Shown: piece after piece, positions 38,138 to 47,590 of the stretch
Numbering within the stretch: the first letter of the stretch is position 1
Layout: each line of letters opens with the position of its first letter
Origin: Candidatus Zambryskiibacteriota bacterium
GTDB lineage: Bacteria; Patescibacteriota; Minisyncoccia; Phycocordibacterales; WO2-35-19
Length of the DNA: 64,000 nt
Reading direction: 5' to 3'
Assembly (NCBI GenBank): GCA_048499675.1
Contig: JASNZL010000008.1
Coordinates: 27 to 64,026 of the forward strand
Notes under the pieces: model-generated
Databases searched by the model: none
Told to the model about the DNA's origin: nothing
Seen by the model: only the letters and a program-made list of their open reading frames with translations
Position numbers and translations under genes: made by a program

Positions 38138-39817
38138 TTATTCTTCTAAGTCAATAACTCTCTCTAATTCATCGAGTGAGGTTATGCCTTTTAGTATTTT
38201 GATTATTCCATCTTGCTTCATATCAAGTAGACCTTGATCTTCTGAAGCTTTTCTTATTTCTCTTTCGCTAGGGTTCTCTTGTACAATAGCTTCAATTTTT
38301 TCATCAGTTAGGATTGCTTCATAAATTCCTGTTCTGCCTTTAAATCCAGTAAAATTACATTTTTCACACCCAACCGGTCCAAAAATATTATCCATAGATG
38401 TTCCCACAAGTTCTTCTTTGTCTTTTATTTTATCTACTATATTTGAAATAATTAATTTTTCTTGTTCAGTGGGGGAATATTTCTTTTTGCAATTTTGACA
38501 CAATGTTCTAATAAGTCTTTGAGCCATCGCAATATTTATTGCCGAAGTAATAACTTTTGGGTTTACTCCTAAATCAATCAATCTTGGAAAAGTGCCCGCA
38601 GCATTGTTAGTATGAAGGGTTGAGAACACCAAGTGGCCCGTCAAAGCAGAATTAACAGCGATTTCTGCTGTTTCGCTATCTCTAATTTCTCCAACCATTA
38701 TTATGTCTGGGTCTTGACGCAGAGCACTACGCAAACCTTCCAAAAATGTATATCCCTTGTCTTCCTCGGTTTGGGTTTGGACGATTCCTTTTAGGTGGTA
38801 TTCAATCGGATTTTCAATGGTAATAATTTTAATGCCCGCGTTGTGTACATGTTTTAGAAAAGCATAAAGAGTGGTTGTCTTACCGCTTCCGGTTGGACCA
38901 GTGTTTAAAATCATCCCGTTTGGTTTTTTTAGTTCATGTATCAAAATACCAAGCAATTTTTTATTTATACCTAAGTTTTCCAATGACACAGAAATTGCAT
39001 CAGGATTTAAAACCCTAAGTACAACTGATTCACCATATCCTCCTGGCAAGAGGGAAGTTCTGATTTCTATTTCTGTTTCCTCTATTTTGATGCTAAACCT
39101 TCCGTCTTGAGCTTTGTTTTTTATATTTAGTTTTAAATTGGAAATAAGTTTTATTCTTGAAAGCAGGAGATTATATATATTGTGGTCCATTTCTAGTATG
39201 TCGTTTAAAACGCCATCCAGACGATACCTGAGTCGTACAGAAGAGTCTTCTGGTTCTATATGGACGTCAGATGCCTTAAGCGAGATTGCTCCAGCTAAGA
39301 TGATTTCCAAAATTCTAGTGATACGGTAGCTCTTTTTTTGAGCTATAACATGTTCGATTGATGTTTTTATATCTTTTGCTGTTTTAACATCTTTTACCAA
39401 GTCTTGTATTTCTTCGTTGGCAATGTCAAGCGCACCTCCTTTTGTTTCCATAGAATACGAGAGATCTTTGTATCTCTCCCAAACTTTTTGAAGACTTTGG
39501 TGTGAGGCCAGAAAAATATTTACTGTGTATCCTTTGTTTTTAAGCTCATCAATCAAAGCCATTGTTTTTGGATTGTTTGGAGAAACAACTGCAAGTGATA
39601 TTTTTTTGTTAAGCAAATTAAATGGCGCTACTTCTGCCATTCTAGCGTCATTTTCGTGAATCATTCTCAATGAATCAATGTTGATTGGGCTGACCGAAAG
39701 ATCTACATAAGAAAGACCGTATTTTTTTGACATCATTTGTGCCAAACCTTCTTCTTCAAGTTCCCTTAATTCTTCCAATTTTCTTTTTTGTTTTCCTTCT
39801 TCAAAATTTATTGTCAT
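38138..39817 (-). CDS. pilB: GspE/PilB-family type IV pilus / type II secretion assembly ATPase
   Basis: Walker A GPTGSGKTTTLYA, Asp box, Walker B, His box, C-terminal CxxC...CxxC. Confidence 0.9.
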   Translation of the reverse strand: MTINFEEGKQKRKLEELRELEEEGLAQMMSKKYGLSYVDLSVSPINIDSLRMIHENDARMAEVAPFNLLNKKISLAVVSPNNPKTMALIDELKNKGYTVNIFLASHQSLQKVWERYKDLSYSMETKGGALDIANEEIQDLVKDVKTAKDIKTSIEHVIAQKKSYRITRILEIILAGAISLKASDVHIEPEDSSVRLRYRLDGVLNDILEMDHNIYNLLLSRIKLISNLKLNIKNKAQDGRFSIKIEETEIEIRTSLLPGGYGESVVLRVLNPDAISVSLENLGINKKLLGILIHELKKPNGMILNTGPTGSGKTTTLYAFLKHVHNAGIKIITIENPIEYHLKGIVQTQTEEDKGYTFLEGLRSALRQDPDIIMVGEIRDSETAEIAVNSALTGHLVFSTLHTNNAAGTFPRLIDLGVNPKVITSAINIAMAQRLIRTLCQNCKKKYSPTEQEKLIISNIVDKIKDKEELVGTSMDNIFGPVGCEKCNFTGFKGRTGIYEAILTDEKIEAIVQENPSEREIRKASEDQGLLDMKQDGIIKILKGITSLDELERVIDLEE

Positions 39818-40261
39818 ATAAATATTATAGCACGCTGTTTGGGATAGAATAAGTTAAAACAACACGAATTAGGGAAACGAGGTACGAGATACGAAGTACA
39901 ATAAAATATTAAATTCTAAATACTAAATCCGAAATATTAAACAAAACTTTAAATTCTAAATTCAAATGTTCAAAACAAAAATTTTATTTTACAATTTAAA
40001 ATTTATAATTCCAGTAACTTGAAAATTAAATTAGTAAGATTGGTCCGCCCGCAACGCCTTAAGTGAAGCAATTGCGGGCAGCAGGTTTCCAAGGACTGTC
40101 CTTGGAAGTGAAAAAACAAATTTTCCAAGGGCTACCCTTGGAAGTGTTTTTAGGATTGTTTTTCAATGTATTTGGTTGGTGTATTGGAACAAAAAAGGCC
40201 TGAAGCCATTGACAAAAGGTTTCAAATTTGCTATAATTAGGGTAGAGAAGGAGAAAGTACA

Positions 40262-40918
40262 ATGAAAAAAGGGTTATTTCTGTCTGTTTTTTTGGCGCTT
40301 GTCCTCTTGGGCGGATGCCGGAAGACCCTCATTGTTCATGTCCCGGTTAGCCCGGGTATGAGCAAGACGGAGGTTGTGAAGGCCGAAAAAGAGGCGACCC
40401 GCCAGGCGGTCGCCGAGAAAAAGATGGAGGAACATGCCTCCAAAGCGGTGAGACAAATTGTCCGCCGTGCCACTCAACAAAACGAGTGGAAGCAAGAGTT
40501 CGCCCTCTCATGTCCCTACGGGGGCTACGAGAGGGTAATCATCCACCCCCACCTAGGAGACCAGTTCACTTATTGGAGGGGTGGGGGAGCCCAAAAAATC
40601 CTCATGCGCAGGGTGGTTATGGTGCATAGGGCGATGAACCCTTACACCAATCTCCCCTGCACCCTCCTCGAGGGTGGCCAGTTGGCGGTGAGCAATATGT
40701 GTCCGGGGGGGAGCATAACACTTGTCTCCTCCATTCCTCCCGTCGTTGGTGGCAGGGCACGGCAGGTAATCTGGACCGCCGAGGCCATGATTGAGGGCAG
40801 GCTCGCTCATAGCGAGTCGTCGCCAGGGATGATCTGGCAGGGGGACATGTGGTGGGAGGTTCAAATGAACCGCCCATCATGGATAATCGAATTCACTCGG
40901 GTGGATAAGGAATTCTGA
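40262..40918 (+). CDS. lipoprotein (lipobox LLGGC) encoded by a high-GC islet; unknown function
   Basis: MKKGLFLSVFLALVLLGGC; GC content visibly much higher than neighbours. Confidence 0.6.
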   Translation: MKKGLFLSVFLALVLLGGCRKTLIVHVPVSPGMSKTEVVKAEKEATRQAVAEKKMEEHASKAVRQIVRRATQQNEWKQEFALSCPYGGYERVIIHPHLGDQFTYWRGGGAQKILMRRVVMVHRAMNPYTNLPCTLLEGGQLAVSNMCPGGSITLVSSIPPVVGGRARQVIWTAEAMIEGRLAHSESSPGMIWQGDMWWEVQMNRPSWIIEFTRVDKEF

Positions 40919-40940
40919 TTCCACGATTCCACCCAAAATC

Positions 40941-40980
40941 AAGGGCGGGGAGCGCAAGCTTCCCGCCCTTTCTACTTTTT
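40941..40980 (+). terminator. rho-independent terminator after the lipoprotein gene
   Basis: AAGGGCGGGgagcgcaagcttCCCGCCCTTtctacTTTTT. Confidence 0.8.
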
Positions 40981-40999
40981 ATGATAGGATAAATGCAAG

Positions 41000-41129
41000 G
41001 TCCCGTAGTAGAAAATGGCATTAAAAGTGTGGTTTGTAAGTATGGATTAAATTGATTATGTTTAAATTACCAACAATAAAAACAAAAATGAGCACCTGCT
41101 TTTAAAGCAATGCCTTTTTTCACTACGGG
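41000..41129. repeat. 130-bp element with 21-bp terminal inverted repeats, copy A, abutting the tsaE start codon
   Basis: GTCCCGTAGTAGAAAATGGCATT ... AATGCCTTTTTTCACTACGGG; second copy at 48931-49059. Confidence 0.75.
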
Positions 41130-41627
41130 ATGCAATATACATCTAAATCAGTCGAAGAGACAGAAGAAATAGCAAAGGATTTTATAAACGATTTTATTTT
41201 ACAGGAGAAAAATAGAGACAAAGCTTTTGTGGTGGGTCTCTATGGCGACTTGGGGGCAGGCAAAACAACTTTTATGAAATGTTTCGCAAAAAATTTGGGT
41301 GTAAAAGAAACTATTCAAAGCCCAACATTTGTCATAATGAAGAAATACGAGTTACGAAGTACGAGTAACGAAGAACGAGAAAAAAAGGAATCTGATTTAT
41401 CGTACCTCGTACCTCGTACTTCGTATGCCTGTTTATATCACATTGATGCTTATAGAATAGAAAAAGACGAGGAAATGTTAAAATTAGGATGGGATGAAAT
41501 AATACACAACCCGAATAATTTAGTTTTTGTAGAATGGCCGGAAATTATAAAAGATATAATGCCACCACATACTAAAATATTTTTTGAACATATAAAAGAA
41601 AACGAGAGGGAAATAAAAATAATTTAA
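41130..41627 (+). CDS. tsaE: tRNA threonylcarbamoyladenosine biosynthesis ATPase TsaE, carrying an in-frame ~80-bp palindromic insertion
   Basis: P-loop GLYGDLGAGKTTF, SPTFVIMKKY, YHIDAYRI. The segment ELRSTSNEEREKKESDLSYLVPRTSYACL is encoded by inverted TACGAG-type arms (41346-41426). Confidence 0.8.
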   Translation: MQYTSKSVEETEEIAKDFINDFILQEKNRDKAFVVGLYGDLGAGKTTFMKCFAKNLGVKETIQSPTFVIMKKYELRSTSNEEREKKESDLSYLVPRTSYACLYHIDAYRIEKDEEMLKLGWDEIIHNPNNLVFVEWPEIIKDIMPPHTKIFFEHIKENEREIKII

Positions 41628-44023
41628 TGAAAGAGAATAAATCAAATAAAAAATTAGTTTTACTTGATGCGCACGCGATTATTCATCGCGCGTACCACGC
41701 CCTGCCAGATTTTGCTACAAGCAAAGGAGAACCAACTGGGGCGTTATATGGTCTTGTGGCAATGATTTTAAAAATAGTTACCGACCTAAAACCAGATTAC
41801 ATAGTTGCTTGTTACGATTTACCAAAACCAACTTACAGACACGAAGTTTATGATGGATATAAATTAGGCAGAGCAAAGACAGATGAAAATTTGGTGATGC
41901 AACTAGAAAAATCAAAACAGATTTGTGAAATTTTAAACATACCAATTTATTCCAAAGAGGGTTTTGAGGCTGATGATATGCTTGGAACAATAGTAGAGAA
42001 ATTGAAAATTCCTGTGGATATAATTATTGCATCTGGTGACATGGATACAATGCAACTTGTAAAAGATGGAACAGGAAAAACTGGAAGTGTTAAGGTCTAT
42101 ACTCTAAAAAAAGGCATAAACGACACCATTCTGTATGATGAGAGTAAGGTAATAGAAAGATTTGGTTTTCACCCAAAATATTTAGCAGATTTCAAAGGGT
42201 TAAGGGGCGACCCGTCGGATAACATCATTGGTATTGTTGGAATTGGAGAAAAGAGTGCAACAGAACTTATAAAGAATTTTGGAACAATTGAAGAAATATA
42301 TAAACAAATCCGAAATCCAAAATCCGAAATCCGAAACAAAATAAAAGAAAGGGTTATAAAATTGTTAGAAGATGGAGAAGAGGAGGCAAAATTTAGCAAA
42401 ATGCTCGCAACAATTAGAAGAGACGCTCCGATAGATTTTGTTTTGCCAGAAACCGAATGGAAAAACGGCGTTGATTTGAATAAGGCAAAAGCGCTTTTTG
42501 CGGAATTGGAATTTAGAAATATGGGCAGTAGGCTTGAAAGTGTTTTGGGTAACGCTTCGGACGAAAGTCGCAAGGACACACAAAAACAAAACGATGATAG
42601 AGATTTGCTTGAGAAATCGCGAAGTGTCGAGGTGGAAGAGGCAAAGGTGGCGCTCTGGGTTCTTGATTCAAACAAAACGGATCCAAGTTTGGAAGATGTT
42701 TTATTTGCAGGTAAATCAGAAAACTTTGATACGGCAAAGAAAAATATCATGGATGAAATAAAAAACAGAGAAAGTGAATTTGTTTTTGAGGAAATAGAGA
42801 AACCGCTAATTCCTATAATAAAGAAAATAGGGGAACACGGAGTTTTGATAGACAAAATTTTCCTAAAAGATTTGGGAAAAAAATATTCAAAAGAGTTAGA
42901 AAAAATAGAGAAGGAAGTCTGGCAAGAAGCAGGCACTGAATTTAATGTTGCTTCACCAAAACAACTAGGAGAGATTCTTTTTGATAAACTCAATCTTTCT
43001 GTTAAAAATCAAAAAAAGACAGCCGGAGGAGCAAAATCGACAAAAGAATCAGAACTAGAAAAAATGAAGGATATGCACCCGATAATTCCACTTGTTTTGG
43101 AATACAGAGAACTTCGCAAACTCTTATCTACCTATATAGACCCAATTCCAAAGATGCTTGATAAAGACGATAGATTGCATGCAAGATTTATACAAGCTGG
43201 CACCACAACGGGCAGAATGTCCTCGGAGAACCCAAATTTACAAAACATACCGATTGGTAGTGATAGAGGGAAAGTAATAAGAAATGCTTTTATCTCACCC
43301 AAAAAAAGAAAACTGGTTGCGATGGACTATTCTCAAATAGAGCTCCGTATATCCGCCTTTCTTTCAAAAGATAAAAAACTAATTGATATTTTTAGAAATG
43401 GTAAAGATGTGCACTCTGCAGTCGCTTCTGAGGTCTTTAGGGTAAATGAATATGAAGTAACAAAAGAGATGAGAAGGCAGGCCAAAGTAATAAATTTTGG
43501 GATTTTATATGGAATGGGAGTTACTGCTCTGCAAGCAAATTTGGGAACAGATAGGAAAACAGCTCAAGAATTTTTGAACGCATATTTTGAGAAATTTGAT
43601 GGTTTAGCAAACTATCTTCATAGGTCAAAACAAGAAGCGAGTGAGCTGGGATACACAAAAACTTTTTTTGGAAGAAGGAGGTATTTTGAGGGTATAAAAT
43701 CAAAAATCCCATTTATCAGAGCAAGTGCCGAAAGGATGGCCATCAACGCTCCTATCCAAGGAACGTCAGCCGATATAATAAAAATTGCAATGAAAAAAAT
43801 TGATGATTATTTGACTCAAAATGAGAGTTCAAAAAAGGCAAATTTGATTATGCAAATTCACGACGAATTAATATATGAGGTAGACGAATCTTTTGTTTCT
43901 GACTTTTCCAAGAATGCCAAAAATATAATGGAAAATACAATAGACAAAAAAGATATATCAGATGTGCCGATAGTTGTGAATGTTTCAGTGGGTGATAATT
44001 GGGGGGAGATGGAAGGATTATAA
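41627..44023 (+). CDS. polA: DNA polymerase I (5'-3' exonuclease + polymerase domains)
   Basis: N-terminal FEN-like LVLLDAHAIIHRAYHAL; polymerase motifs DYSQIELR (A), KVINFGILYGM (B), HDEL (C). Confidence 0.9.
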   Translation: MKENKSNKKLVLLDAHAIIHRAYHALPDFATSKGEPTGALYGLVAMILKIVTDLKPDYIVACYDLPKPTYRHEVYDGYKLGRAKTDENLVMQLEKSKQICEILNIPIYSKEGFEADDMLGTIVEKLKIPVDIIIASGDMDTMQLVKDGTGKTGSVKVYTLKKGINDTILYDESKVIERFGFHPKYLADFKGLRGDPSDNIIGIVGIGEKSATELIKNFGTIEEIYKQIRNPKSEIRNKIKERVIKLLEDGEEEAKFSKMLATIRRDAPIDFVLPETEWKNGVDLNKAKALFAELEFRNMGSRLESVLGNASDESRKDTQKQNDDRDLLEKSRSVEVEEAKVALWVLDSNKTDPSLEDVLFAGKSENFDTAKKNIMDEIKNRESEFVFEEIEKPLIPIIKKIGEHGVLIDKIFLKDLGKKYSKELEKIEKEVWQEAGTEFNVASPKQLGEILFDKLNLSVKNQKKTAGGAKSTKESELEKMKDMHPIIPLVLEYRELRKLLSTYIDPIPKMLDKDDRLHARFIQAGTTTGRMSSENPNLQNIPIGSDRGKVIRNAFISPKKRKLVAMDYSQIELRISAFLSKDKKLIDIFRNGKDVHSAVASEVFRVNEYEVTKEMRRQAKVINFGILYGMGVTALQANLGTDRKTAQEFLNAYFEKFDGLANYLHRSKQEASELGYTKTFFGRRRYFEGIKSKIPFIRASAERMAINAPIQGTSADIIKIAMKKIDDYLTQNESSKKANLIMQIHDELIYEVDESFVSDFSKNAKNIMENTIDKKDISDVPIVVNVSVGDNWGEMEGL

Positions 44024-44238
44024 TTACCTAATTTCTAATTATTCTAATTAATCTAAACAATTACTAATATGGTAAAAAATACAAAATACAGTAAACAAAT
44101 TACATATAAAATACAGGAAGTAGAATAAAACCTAAAACATTTAATTTTGTATTTTATAATTTGTGATTTGTTTATAATTTTAACTTTTGATATTTTTTAG
44201 AAATTATAATAATTAGAGTACTTAGAAAAATTATACTT

Positions 44239-44667
44239 ATGGATTCTTTATTTAAACAATACGAAGGGGTTTTTGATGAAAAAGCTGAAGAACCAAAAAA
44301 GAAAAATGGCGACTTTACTTTTGCCTATAGTCCGTTTGCTCTACAAGATGCAATAGGGGAAAGGAATATAAAAAATATTTGGATTGAATATCAAAAAATA
44401 ATACTTCAAGGTATTGATCCTGAAGAAATAATTTATAAAGTGATTTCAAAAGTTAGGGATATGCTAGCTGTCCAAAAAGGAGCCACCGCAAATGATTTGG
44501 GTATAAAAGATTATCCATACAACAAATCAAAAAAAGATTTGAAGAATTGGAAAGTGGACGAGCTCCTAGATTTTTATGAAAAATTAGTGACCATTTTCCA
44601 CGAATCTAGAATGGGTAAGGACGGCATTGGTCTTGCGCTAGAAAAATTATTTCTATCATTAAGATAA
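44239..44667 (+). CDS. hypothetical protein (142 aa)
   Basis: ORF only. Confidence 0.35.
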   Translation: MDSLFKQYEGVFDEKAEEPKKKNGDFTFAYSPFALQDAIGERNIKNIWIEYQKIILQGIDPEEIIYKVISKVRDMLAVQKGATANDLGIKDYPYNKSKKDLKNWKVDELLDFYEKLVTIFHESRMGKDGIGLALEKLFLSLR

Positions 44668-44700
44668 ATGGCCCACATCGAAGTGTGGACCACAAGAAAC

Positions 44701-45072
44701 CTACCTAATCTTGTCAAAAAAATCAGCTGGTAGTTTGAAGCCGATAAATTTGGATATCTCACCAAACATTATGGGGTCGATAACTGCCTCTTGGGAAATT
44801 ATATCCACGACCGCAAACTTCAAACCTCTTTTTGTAAGAATCCCACCCTTAGCATACTCGCTCAATCTCCAGCTTTCTACGATCGAGGAGACGTCATCAG
44901 AGTAGAAACCATTCGGGGTCACTCTCAAATCAATCCCAGTTTCTATATTCATTTTGGTTACTAAATCATTGTGTTTAGAGGAAATTTCCTCAACCGTTAC
45001 TGGTTTTCCATTAAGCGAAGCCATAACCCAAATCATAAGAGTTACAGCATCACCATTGAATTCATAAGGCAT
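44701..45072 (-). CDS. hypothetical protein (123 aa)
   Basis: ORF only. Confidence 0.35.
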   Translation of the reverse strand: MPYEFNGDAVTLMIWVMASLNGKPVTVEEISSKHNDLVTKMNIETGIDLRVTPNGFYSDDVSSIVESWRLSEYAKGGILTKRGLKFAVVDIISQEAVIDPIMFGEISKFIGFKLPADFFDKIR

Positions 45073-45124
45073 AACACACCTGAAAATTCTTGTTTGAAAT
45101 GCAACTGGCGGTAATATAATTTGT

Positions 45125-46100
45125 ATGGGAAAAACAAGAATTTTCGTCCAGTTGGACGAGCATAAAAGAGACAGGATTGAAGCTCTTTTGACTCAAGGAG
45201 TGGAGAAAAAATTAATAGCTAAAATCATCGGAGTACACAAAAGCACCGTCACAAGAGAGGTACAAAAAAGAAGCAGATTGAATGGAGAATATAGAGCCAG
45301 CTCTGCGGAACACAGCTCAAATTTTGCGGAGCAACTCTAAATATCAAGGCATGAAAATCGAGAGGCATCCGAACTCCGAGGTTCATAATTTCAGAATTAA
45401 AAATATCAATCGATGGCATCGCCGGAAGAATGAGAGAAGAAAAATGGTCAGTCAGAGTTTCGAGATGCTATATACCGATGGCTTCGATCTGTTCACGGAG
45501 TAAGATATTGCAAGTATCTTTGTACCAAAAGATATCGCAAGAAACCGCATACTGATACTCCAAAGAGGCAGATCATCCCAAATATGGTCATATTCACGAT
45601 ATGCCAGGCTAATCCGGGATTTGTGACCGAAGGAGATTATCTCTTTCACCAAAGAAAATATCCAAACGGCGCTGGTATTTGTCGGTTGGAGAGAGAAACC
45701 AAACTAAAGGAATTTGGTTAAAGTTCCCTGACCGATACATACTGCGAGAGTTGGTGAGAAAATTACAATGAAAACATCATTCATGTTATGATTTGACCAA
45801 GGTGGAGAAAACCTCTGAGAGCATGAAAATTCAGCATGAAGACATATTTTTGCATCCTGGCATCTCCGAGGCAGAAACCCTTCATTGAGTCCAGCATCGG
45901 ATTATGTGAAGATATTTTGGCCCAAGGGAACTAATTTGAAAAAAGTATCAAAAGAAGAATTCCAAGAAAAATTGGAAATCTTAAACAACAACAGAAAAAC
46001 GCTTCGTTACCGAAGCGCCAATGAAGCAGCGAGAGAGTGTGGTATCATTCATGGCAATTAGCAACTCCAGTTGCATTTCACCCCAGAATTTACAACCTCC
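45125..46100 (+). pseudogene. IS30-family transposase remnant, frameshifted/degraded, higher GC than surroundings
   Basis: N-terminal HTH QGVEKKLIAKIIGVHKSTVTREVQKRS characteristic of IS30 transposases; downstream reading frame broken into several short ORFs. Confidence 0.5.
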
Positions 46101-46197
46101 TTTCTGGGATATTTATAGCATGATCTAATAACAAATCAAATTAGTAATTTGATTTTATATGGTTTTTATAGTATATTTTGTTGTTGAAGTTATTTAT

Positions 46198-46271
46198 CCG
46201 CCCGTAGCTCAGTCGGTAGAGCAGCTCCCTTTTAAGGAGATGGTCGTAGGTTCGATTCCTACCGGGCGGAC
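46198..46271 (+). tRNA. tRNA-Lys, anticodon UUU
   Basis: acceptor CCGCCCG/CGGGCGG, D-arm GCTCAGTCGGTAGAGC, anticodon loop CTTTTAA, T-arm GTAGGTTCGATTCCTAC. Confidence 0.8.
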
Positions 46272-46272
46272 A

Positions 46273-46540
46273 AGCGTTAAAAAAATCAGAACTGCTTCTG
46301 ATTTTTAGCTTGTCCGAGGCGGAGCGATTTTTTTGTTTTGCGAAGCAAAGGCAAAAACCGCGAGCCGGGTGAGAAGCGAATATTTGGAGCTTCGCAAGAC
46401 CTTTGATAATTTTTATGAGTGTTGCGAGTAAAAATAGAAAAGGTGTACAGGTTCTGTAAGAACCGCGAGATTTTTCCGTCAGGAAAAATACTTGTGACGA
46501 CAAAAGCGTTAAAAAAATCAGAACTACTTCTGATTTTTAA
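46273..46540. repeat. two 36-40-bp direct repeats (terminator-like hairpin AATCAGAACTNCTTCTGATT) bracketing a ~190-bp segment that contains a conserved element shared with 56955-57050
   Basis: AGCGTTAAAAAAATCAGAACTGCTTCTGATTTTTA at 46273 and 46505; inner segment 46369-46464 is ~90% identical (reverse complement) to 56955-57050. Confidence 0.6.
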
Positions 46541-46557
46541 ATTTATACACTTTCTAA

Positions 46558-46962
46558 CTAAAGTGGTAAATCAATTGCAAAAGCGCCAGCTCCGGAGAAG
46601 AGGAGGGATAGTGTGATCGCTAAAATTAAAACATAGAAAACAAAATTTCTTTTTAGAATTGTTGGGTCTTTGTACTCAACGTAAGCTTCGGCAAAAGTAA
46701 GAAGTGCCAAAACAAGAGCGGCTATCTGAGTATAATAACCCAAGAGAAACATAACACCGCCAACAAATTCAATTGCCCCAAAAATTTTTACAGCAATTTT
46801 TGGATTTGGGATGTTTAATGTCGCAAGAGAAACTATCCATCTTTCTTTTTCTCCTTTAAAAGCAAGAAGCCCGAGGTTTACAAATATAAAACCAACAACT
46901 ACTCTTAGTATAAAAGGGGAGAGTAGTCCGTATGTAAGTAATTCTGGGAAAGGATTGAGCAT
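46558..46962 (-). CDS. DoxX-family membrane protein
   Basis: four TM helices; LLSPFILRVVVGFIFVNLGLLAF pattern. Confidence 0.65.
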   Translation of the reverse strand: MLNPFPELLTYGLLSPFILRVVVGFIFVNLGLLAFKGEKERWIVSLATLNIPNPKIAVKIFGAIEFVGGVMFLLGYYTQIAALVLALLTFAEAYVEYKDPTILKRNFVFYVLILAITLSLLFSGAGAFAIDLPL

Positions 46963-47062
46963 ATGATTTAAATTATTCTAATTAACCTAATTTCTAATTA
47001 ATCTAATAGGTACTTGTAAATTGGGATTTTTTTAGAATAATTAGAGTAATTATACACAATAA

Positions 47063-47590
47063 ATGAAAGTTTCAAAAGGAAAAAAGGATGTTGTTGTAAT
47101 TCTGAACAACATAAGGAGTAATGAGAATGTTGGCTCTATATTTAGGACGGCAGACGCTTTTTGTGTTTCAAAAATATATCTATGTGGTTATACACCTGCT
47201 CCGCTGGATAGGTTTGGAAGAGAGAACAAAGGTCTAACTAAAGCATCGCTTGGCGCGGAGAAGATGGTTGTTTGGGAAAAGGTTGAAGATATGAAGGAGT
47301 TGATTAAACAATTAAAAATTGAAGGATATAAAATTGTCGGGATAGAACAAGATACCAATTCGTTAAATATAGAATCTTTTAATTCTAAAATCGTAACTCA
47401 TTACTCGTTACTCGGTTTAATATTTGGCAACGAAGTAGATGGTCTTAATGAAGAGGAACTAAAACTCTGCGACTATATAGTAGAAATACCAATGAGAGGA
47501 AAATTAAAAAGAGATAGGGGAGCAAGTAAAATAAACAAAGAATCCCTAAATGTTGCCGTAACAGCAGGGATAGTATTGTCTAGTATATAA
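47063..47590 (+). CDS. SpoU/TrmH-family RNA 2'-O-methyltransferase, with a short in-frame heptamer-repeat insertion (IVTHYSLL)
   Basis: NVGSIFRTADAFCV, LIFGNEVDGL motifs; insertion at 47390-47415. Confidence 0.75.
   Translation: MKVSKGKKDVVVILNNIRSNENVGSIFRTADAFCVSKIYLCGYTPAPLDRFGRENKGLTKASLGAEKMVVWEKVEDMKELIKQLKIEGYKIVGIEQDTNSLNIESFNSKIVTHYSLLGLIFGNEVDGLNEEELKLCDYIVEIPMRGKLKRDRGASKINKESLNVAVTAGIVLSSI

Noticed and set aside
40274-40880. Three minus-strand ORFs inside the GC-rich lipoprotein gene
   Set aside because: High GC content keeps all frames open. The plus-strand ORF has a clear lipoprotein signal and is the parsimonious gene.
46141-46503. 120-aa ORF on minus strand, and 105-122-aa ORFs at 56808-57176, sharing peptide IKIIKGLAKLQ
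   Set aside because: Both lie in non-coding repeat regions (tRNA-Lys downstream repeat; hairpin-bracketed conserved element). The shared peptide merely reflects the shared DNA repeat. The composition is untypical of genes here.
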